DNA of 64,000 nt, taken from Vulcanimicrobiota bacterium (lineage in GTDB: Bacteria; Vulcanimicrobiota; Vulcanimicrobiia; Vulcanimicrobiales; Vulcanimicrobiaceae). The translations under genes and the position numbers were made by a program. The stretch covers positions 480,001 to 544,000 of the forward strand of contig CAWCIZ010000003.1 of the NCBI GenBank assembly GCA_963795855.1, in the 5' to 3' direction. The stretch's first letter is position 1. Every line of letters begins with the position of its first letter. This document shows, in pieces, positions 58,499 to 64,000 of the stretch. A model generated the notes under the pieces. The model saw only the letters and a program-made list of their open reading frames with translations. It was not told the DNA's origin and did not search any database.

Positions 58499-59441
58499 CA
58501 GCAAGAAGAAAAGCAAAAGTAGCCGTCGTGATGGGCGGCACGAGCGCGGAACGCGAGATTTCGATTCAAACCGGAACCGGTGTCGTGCGCGCGGTTCAGG
58601 AATTGGGATACGACGCGCAGTCGCTCGATTACGACACGCGGTTCATCGATGCGATTCGCGACCTCAGCCCCGACGCCGTTTTCATCGCGCTGCACGGCCC
58701 AGGCGGCGAAGACGGGCAAATTCAGGCCATTCTTGACTACTTGGCGATTCCGTACACCGGAAGCGGTATCGAAGCGTGCGCGCTCGCGATGGACAAGCAC
58801 CTCACGAAAAGCTTTGCGCCGCCGAAGGCTTGCCGACCGCCGCGTGGGACTTATTCGATCTCTCGGGAGGTACGCTGCCGCTGCTTCCGGGATCGCTCGA
58901 CCTGCCGCTGGTCATCAAACCGCGGTTCGAGGGCAGCAGCGCCGGCGTGACGATCGTCCGCACGCACGAGCAGTGGACGCAAGCGATGATCGACGCCGCG
59001 GAAGAGTACACGGAGATTCTCGCCGAGGAGTTCGTGCCGGGACGCGAGTTCACGTGCGGCGTGCTCGGGGAAGAAGCGCTGCCGATCGTCGAAATCGTGC
59101 CGAACCGCGACGAATTTTACACCTACGAAGCCAAATACGGCGCCGGCGGAAGCACGCACATCGTGCCCGCGCGAATCGACGACGATTTGGCGGCGCGCCT
59201 GCAAATGCTGGCGCTCTCGGTGCACCGGCTCGTGGGTCTGCGCGACTATTCGCGCACCGATTTTATCGTAAGCAAAGAAGGCCGCCCGTACATTTTGGAG
59301 ATCAACACACTGCCGGGCCTAACGCCCACGAGCATCCTGCCCGACGCGTGCGCTGCGGTCGGCATTTCGTATCAGGCGCTTGTGGACCGCCTTCTCGGTT
59401 ACGCCCTGGCCAGAGCGGGCGAACGGGTTCTCGCCCGGTAG
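58495..59441 (+). CDS. ddl: D-alanine--D-alanine ligase; frameshift near 58808
   Basis: [41 protein letters not shown]. Confidence 0.95.
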
Positions 59442-59501
59442 CCGTCACTGGCGCGGGCAGCGCAACGTTGTGACGGCACAGAACGTTGTAGAGGATACGT
59501 C

Positions 59502-60431
59502 ATGAAACCGCCTTCCCTACTTGCTCGCGCGGTCTTCGCAACGCTCGCGTGCGCCGCTTTGGTGCTCGCGTTTTTTAGCGCACCGCGTCCCGTTCCGGCT
59601 GCGGATCCGCAACCGACTCTACCGCCGTACCGAACGCTCACGCCCGTTCGACTGCTCGGCTACATCCGCCGCGTGTACCGCGAGCACCGGCCGCCGCCGT
59701 TGTACGAAACGTACACGCTGGTCCGCAAAGAAAACACGAATTACGGCTACGAAGATCCGCTCGGTACCTATACCGTGCACTATTGGGTTCGCAATACCGA
59801 TCGCGCCGCGCTGATGCGCAAAGTTTTCCGCGACGATTACGACGGCGACATGACGTTCGACCGGCCGGCGCTCAATCAGCCGCGCGATCCCGGTCCCCCA
59901 ACGGCCGATCTCTTCGAGCCGGCGCATCCGCAGCCGATTTCGTTCGTGCCCACGCCCGAACCAACCGCCGCTCCGCTCAAAACGATCGGTTCGGTCGTTG
60001 CTATCGGCGAGTCGGATTACAACGTGCCGAAGGTCGCGGTCGAAGGCAGCGAGCTGCACTTAACGCTGCAGCCCCGCCGCGACGCCGAACGCAACGTACT
60101 TCGCGAGATTTGGGTCGACAAAAACTCGTACATGCTCAAACGCGTCATCGCGCACGATCGCATGTTCGTCGAGCAGGGCCACACGTATCCGATGAAGGTG
60201 ACGTACACGCTGGGTTATCTCGACGGTTACGTCGTGATTACGCACGTCGACGCGGTCGTGCTTCCGCGCACGGAGCGCAGCGGCGAAGAAATTGCCGACT
60301 TCGGCGACGAGACGGGCGATGCCGACAGTTTGACGATCGATTTCGAGGACATCACGTTCCCGCAGTCGCTGCCGTCGTGGTATTTCGACCCGCACGAATA
60401 CGGTTCGCACTTGGCGGACGCGCCGCAATAG
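59502..60431 (+). CDS. Secreted hypothetical protein
   Basis: GAGGA RBS, signal peptide, Pro-rich linker; LREIWVDKNSYMLKR weakly resembles LolA-like folds. Confidence 0.72.
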   Translation: MKPPSLLARAVFATLACAALVLAFFSAPRPVPAADPQPTLPPYRTLTPVRLLGYIRRVYREHRPPPLYETYTLVRKENTNYGYEDPLGTYTVHYWVRNTDRAALMRKVFRDDYDGDMTFDRPALNQPRDPGPPTADLFEPAHPQPISFVPTPEPTAAPLKTIGSVVAIGESDYNVPKVAVEGSELHLTLQPRRDAERNVLREIWVDKNSYMLKRVIAHDRMFVEQGHTYPMKVTYTLGYLDGYVVITHVDAVVLPRTERSGEEIADFGDETGDADSLTIDFEDITFPQSLPSWYFDPHEYGSHLADAPQ

Positions 60432-60505
60432 GTACCCGGAACCCCGCGGCAAGGCCAGGGGTTCCCCCGAGGCGCGGGTAAGAACGTCGGCCGGAGGAAC
60501 CTACA

Positions 60506-61678
60506 CTGTCTACCACCGGAATCATCGTCGATCGCGGGCTCGAGGGCGTCGTCGTCGGAAGCACGCTTCTTAGCAATGTCGAGGGCAAAGAAGGCCGGCT
60601 GACCTACCGCGGATACGACATCCACGACCTCGCGCCGAACGCGTGTTTCGAGGAAGTCGTTCATCTGCTTTTGTACGGCGCGTTGCCCACCGCGGCGCAG
60701 CTGGCGGCGCTCAAGAAAGAATTGGGCGCGCATCGCATGATTCCGGAACCGCTCATCAACGCGATGGAGCGCGCTCCGAAAAACGCATGGCCGATGGACG
60801 TGCTGCGCACGATCGTTTCCGGCCTCGCACTTTTCGTCGAGGTGGATCCGAAGGGCGCGCACGTTTCAGACGTTCACAGGGCGGTGGAGCTCGTTGCTAA
60901 GGTTCCGACGATCGTGGCAATGTGGGATCGCATTCGGCGCGGCCTCGAGCCGATAGAACCGCGTACGGATCTTTCGCAAGCTGCGAATTTCTTGTACATG
61001 TGCCGCGGTCAGGTGCCGACGGACGTCGCCGAAGACGCCATGGACACGTATTTGGTGCTGCTCGCAGATCATTCTTACAACGCATCGACGTTCTCCGGAC
61101 GCGTGACCGCGTCGACGAAAGCGGACTTGTACGCCGCCGTAACGGCCGCTATCGCCACGCTTCAAGGCGAGGCGCATGGCGGCGCCGCCAGCGCCGTGGG
61201 CCGGGTGCTGCTGGAAATCGGCAAACCCGAACGCGCGGAAAATTACGTGCGCGAAGTGCTCGCGCGCGGCGAGCGCATCATGGGCATGGGGCACCGCGAA
61301 TACAAAGTCCGCGATCCGCGCGCGCAGCACTTGGAGAACGTCGCCAAGAAGCTCAGCGAAATCACCGACCCGAAATGGTACAAGATCGCGCGCGCGCTCG
61401 AAGACGCCTCGAACAAAGTGCTTCAGGAAACCAAGCCCGACAAACGCATTTACGCCAACGTCGACTTCTACAGCGCGCCGCTGTTCTATAGCCTCGGCTT
61501 TCCCGGCGACGAGTTCACGCCGATATTTGCTTGCGGCCGCATCGCCGGCTGGACCGCGCACATTCTCGAGCAGCTCGCCGACAATCGCCTCATCCGCCCG
61601 CAAGCCACGTATTCCGGTCCGGCAGTGCATCCGTTCGAACCCATCGAGCGGCGCAGCGGTAACGGCACCGCGCATTGA
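60506..61678 (+). CDS. gltA: Citrate synthase (or 2-methylcitrate synthase); apparent CTG start
   Basis: RGLEGV..LTYRGY..FEEVVHLL, DHSYNAST, AHGGA, MGMGHR, ANVDFYS, RLIRP. Confidence 0.9.
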   Translation: MSTTGIIVDRGLEGVVVGSTLLSNVEGKEGRLTYRGYDIHDLAPNACFEEVVHLLLYGALPTAAQLAALKKELGAHRMIPEPLINAMERAPKNAWPMDVLRTIVSGLALFVEVDPKGAHVSDVHRAVELVAKVPTIVAMWDRIRRGLEPIEPRTDLSQAANFLYMCRGQVPTDVAEDAMDTYLVLLADHSYNASTFSGRVTASTKADLYAAVTAAIATLQGEAHGGAASAVGRVLLEIGKPERAENYVREVLARGERIMGMGHREYKVRDPRAQHLENVAKKLSEITDPKWYKIARALEDASNKVLQETKPDKRIYANVDFYSAPLFYSLGFPGDEFTPIFACGRIAGWTAHILEQLADNRLIRPQATYSGPAVHPFEPIERRSGNGTAH

Positions 61679-62262
61679 GCGAACGGCGAGCGGGCGCCGT
61701 CGCGCGCACGACCGGCGAAACTTCGGTAGAACTGACGATCGATCTCGACGGCGGCCCCATCGAAATCTCGACCTCCGTCGACTTTCTCGACCACATGCTG
61801 CATGCGTTCGCGAAGCATAGCGCATGCGGGCTGTTCGTGCGCGCAACCGGCGATCGCATGGACAATCACCACGTCATCGAAGACGTCGGCATTGCGCTCG
61901 GGAAAGCCATTTCCGATGCGCTCGGTGAAAAGCGCGGTATTACGCGGTTCGGTTCGATTGTGCTGCCGCTCGACGAAGCGCTTATTCTCGCGTCCGTCGA
62001 CATTTCCGGGCGCGCGTACTTGAATTTCCAAGTCTCGTTTCTCCGCGAAGATCTCGGCGATTTGCCGACAGAAATGATCGGTGAATTCTTTCGCGCGGTT
62101 GCCGACAACGCAAAGATCACGCTCCACTTGGTTCAAGTGCACGGCCACGTCGCACATCATGTGTGCGAGGCCTCGTTCAAAGCGTTCGCTCGCGCATTTG
62201 CTGCGGCGAAGTCGCTGACGGCCGAAACAGCGGTCCCATCTACGAAGGGCGTGCTCGACTAG
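61675..62262 (+). CDS. hisB: Imidazoleglycerol-phosphate dehydratase
   Basis: RTTGET, FLDHML, DNHHVIED, PLDEAL, AHHVCEASFK, PSTKG. Confidence 0.96.
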   Translation: MSERRAGAVARTTGETSVELTIDLDGGPIEISTSVDFLDHMLHAFAKHSACGLFVRATGDRMDNHHVIEDVGIALGKAISDALGEKRGITRFGSIVLPLDEALILASVDISGRAYLNFQVSFLREDLGDLPTEMIGEFFRAVADNAKITLHLVQVHGHVAHHVCEASFKAFARAFAAAKSLTAETAVPSTKGVLD

Positions 62263-62269
62263 GGCGCGC

Positions 62270-62878
62270 ATGCTCGCGGTCATCGACTACGGCGGCGGCA
62301 ACCTCGGCTCGCTGGTGGCCGCGCTTCGGCGGCGCGGCGCGGCTTTTGCGATCGCGGACGATCCCGAGACGCTCGATGCTGCGCAATCCGCCATCCTTCC
62401 GGGCGACGGCGCGTTCGCCGCGACCATGCAGGCACTGAAAGAACGCGATCTCGACCGCGCGATTCTGCGCCACATCGACGCGGGAAAGGCGTTTTTGGGG
62501 ATCTGCGTCGGCATGCAGATCCTGTTTGAGGAAAGCGACGAATTCGGCTCGACTCGCGGTCTGGGCGTACTGCGGGGCCGCGTTTCGCGCTTCATTCGCG
62601 CCCCGCGCGTGCCGCATATGGGGTGGAATACGCTCGAACTGACGTCGAAACACCCATTCGTCGAGCGTCTGGGCGACGAACCGTTTGCGTACTTTCTGCA
62701 CTCCTATCGCGCGCCTGTGGGGCCGGACACGATCGCCGCGTGCACCCACGGGGAGCGGTTTACGGCAATAGCCGGCCGCGGTAACGTGATGGGAACGCAA
62801 TTTCATCCGGAGAAAAGCCGCCGCACGGGTGCTGCTCTGCTGGACAACTTCCTGATGCTCGCTGGAGAGGTATTCTAA
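62270..62878 (+). CDS. hisH: Imidazole glycerol phosphate synthase glutaminase subunit
   Basis: IDYGGGNLGS, GICVGMQ, VPHMGWN, QFHPEKS. Confidence 0.96.
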   Translation: MLAVIDYGGGNLGSLVAALRRRGAAFAIADDPETLDAAQSAILPGDGAFAATMQALKERDLDRAILRHIDAGKAFLGICVGMQILFEESDEFGSTRGLGVLRGRVSRFIRAPRVPHMGWNTLELTSKHPFVERLGDEPFAYFLHSYRAPVGPDTIAACTHGERFTAIAGRGNVMGTQFHPEKSRRTGAALLDNFLMLAGEVF

Positions 62879-63597
62879 TGCTCGTCATTCCCGCAATCGA
62901 TCTGCGCGGCGGAAAGTGCGTGCGCATGCAGCAGGGCGATCCATCGCGCGAAAAAACGTACGATACCGATCCGGTGCAGCGTGCGAAATCGTTCGTTTCA
63001 AGCGGTGCCAAGCAACTGCACGTTATCGACCTTGACGGCGCGTTTGGCGCCGGCGAAAACGAGGATGCAATTGCGCGCATCTGCCGGGCCGTCGACGTAC
63101 CGGTGCAGACCGGCGGCGGAATTCGTACGCTCGCGCAAGCGCAGGCGCGTCTTCGCGCGGGAGCGGCCTACGTGATTCTGGGCACGCTGCTCGTTGAAGA
63201 CGAGCGCACCGCCCGTAACGTCGTGCACGAACTCGGCGCGCGCGTGTTCGCCGGAGTCGATGCGCGTGGGGGCGTGGTCGCCGTGCGCGGGTGGCAAGAG
63301 GGCACGCAAGTCGATCGCGACGCGCTGGTCCGCCGGGTGTCCCAGTGGGGCATAGAACGCGTAGTTTTCACGGAGATCACGCGGGACGGCACCGGCGGCG
63401 GATTCGATTTGGACGCGCTCTCGCAAGTCGCATCGCTCGGTGAAATTCGAGTGACGGCGAGCGGAGGCGCGCACGGCCTCGACGATCTCCGCGCACTTCG
63501 TAAGAATGCCCCGTCAAATGTGGATGCATGCGTCATCGGACGCGCGCTGTACGAAGGCACACTCGATCTGCGCGAGGCGATCGAGGCGCTGGCTTAG
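62878..63597 (+). CDS. hisA: ProFAR isomerase
   Basis: IPAIDLRGGKCVR, HVIDLDGA, QTGGGIR, GRALYEG. Confidence 0.96.
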   Translation: MLVIPAIDLRGGKCVRMQQGDPSREKTYDTDPVQRAKSFVSSGAKQLHVIDLDGAFGAGENEDAIARICRAVDVPVQTGGGIRTLAQAQARLRAGAAYVILGTLLVEDERTARNVVHELGARVFAGVDARGGVVAVRGWQEGTQVDRDALVRRVSQWGIERVVFTEITRDGTGGGFDLDALSQVASLGEIRVTASGGAHGLDDLRALRKNAPSNVDACVIGRALYEGTLDLREAIEALA

Positions 63598-63614
63598 CAA
63601 GCGGTTACGGCGTT

Positions 63615-64000
63615 CTACGCGGTTCGGGTCGCGGTGGGGGAACCGGAGGCCGCCCCGGACTCGGCGCCGGCGCGTGCTTCGGGATCGTCACCGGTGCGTG
63701 CGTCGGAACCGCCGCAGGATGCGCCGTCGCCATCGGACCCGCGCGAGGGCAGCGTCCGCCGCGGCCCCGTGGGATGCGGAATCCTATGCGGCGCGGGCGC
63801 GGGTGTCGGGGTAGGCCGCCCGAACTGCGGCCCCGTGTACAGCCCGATCAGGATAGGAATCGGCACGAAGTATTGCTGACCGTTCCAGGCGGTGTACACG
63901 GCGGTCACGGCGCACGACGGCATCCAATAGCCGTTCGGCGCGGGAAAATTTGCTTCGTACACGCCGCCGTATTGACTGCTCCACATGCCGTATTGAAAAC
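63615..64000 (-). CDS. Hypothetical protein, 3' part only (runs off the window)
   Basis: Open frame from the window edge with an aromatic-rich segment and a PTPTPAPAP tract; true end uncertain. Confidence 0.45.
   Translation of the reverse strand, partial: FQYGMWSSQYGGVYEANFPAPNGYWMPSCAVTAVYTAWNGQQYFVPIPILIGLYTGPQFGRPTPTPAPAPHRIPHPTGPRRTLPSRGSDGDGASCGGSDARTGDDPEARAGAESGAASGSPTATRTA

Noticed and set aside
1060..58813. Genome decay or programmed frameshifting as the explanation for split genes
   Set aside because: The breaks hit core genes (sucA, mutM, ddl), the flanks are otherwise intact, there are no slippery heptamers, and the indels concentrate at AGCT, which points to sequencing error.
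58495..59441. VanA-like D-Ala-D-Lac ligase
   Set aside because: The omega-loop reads YTYEAKY as in D-Ala-D-Ala ligases, the gene sits in dcw, and there is no vanH or vanX.
1..64000. Many long overlapping or antisense ORFs in the six-frame track (e.g. 20390..22441 minus, 13140..14819 plus, 54745..55968 minus)
   Set aside because: They shadow well-supported genes, have Arg/Ala-rich non-protein-like composition, and are expected in high-GC DNA.
1..64000. tRNA, rRNA, tmRNA, RNase P RNA, transposases, integrases, phage genes
   Set aside because: No recognisable signatures were found by eye; a covariance-model scan would be needed to exclude divergent RNAs.

Overview
GC-rich bacterial chromosome window made up mostly of housekeeping genes. 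It is diderm (lnt, LptC/D/F-G-like genes), with Terrabacteria-style gene orders and an E2-E1 fused Kgd, which fits Ca. Eremiobacterota/Vulcanimicrobiia (inference only). In order it carries: the 3' part of kgd/sucA, a prolyl oligopeptidase, LOG, SUI1, a P450, an lrp-kdd-kamA lysine-catabolism unit, a peptide-binding lipoprotein, pntAA/AB/B, a thioester-less alpha-2-macroglobulin-like gene, polA-DUF192-mutM-rpsA-coaE, a D-aminoacylase, two KGG-repeat stress hydrophilins behind a perfect SigB-type promoter, an lnt/Lpt/slt envelope block containing a 53-aa metallothionein missed by the ORF track, an ECF sigma/anti-sigma/double GT-C glycosyltransferase unit, a dcw cluster (mraZ to ddl) with two unexpected inserted genes (a CofE-like ligase and DUF2332), gltA and hisBHA. 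No rRNA, tRNA, CRISPR array or transposase was seen. About 14 single-base frameshifts break conserved genes. Twelve fall on or directly beside an AGCT tetramer, so they are best read as motif-specific (probably methylation-induced) sequencing errors rather than pseudogenes. Best candidates for new biology: the ECF/Pro-Thr-tailed anti-sigma/double GT-C module, the CofE-like and DUF2332 genes coupled inside dcw, near-cognate start codons for gltA and rpsA, and several long structured intergenic elements. All family assignments are from motif recognition by eye, not from database searches.
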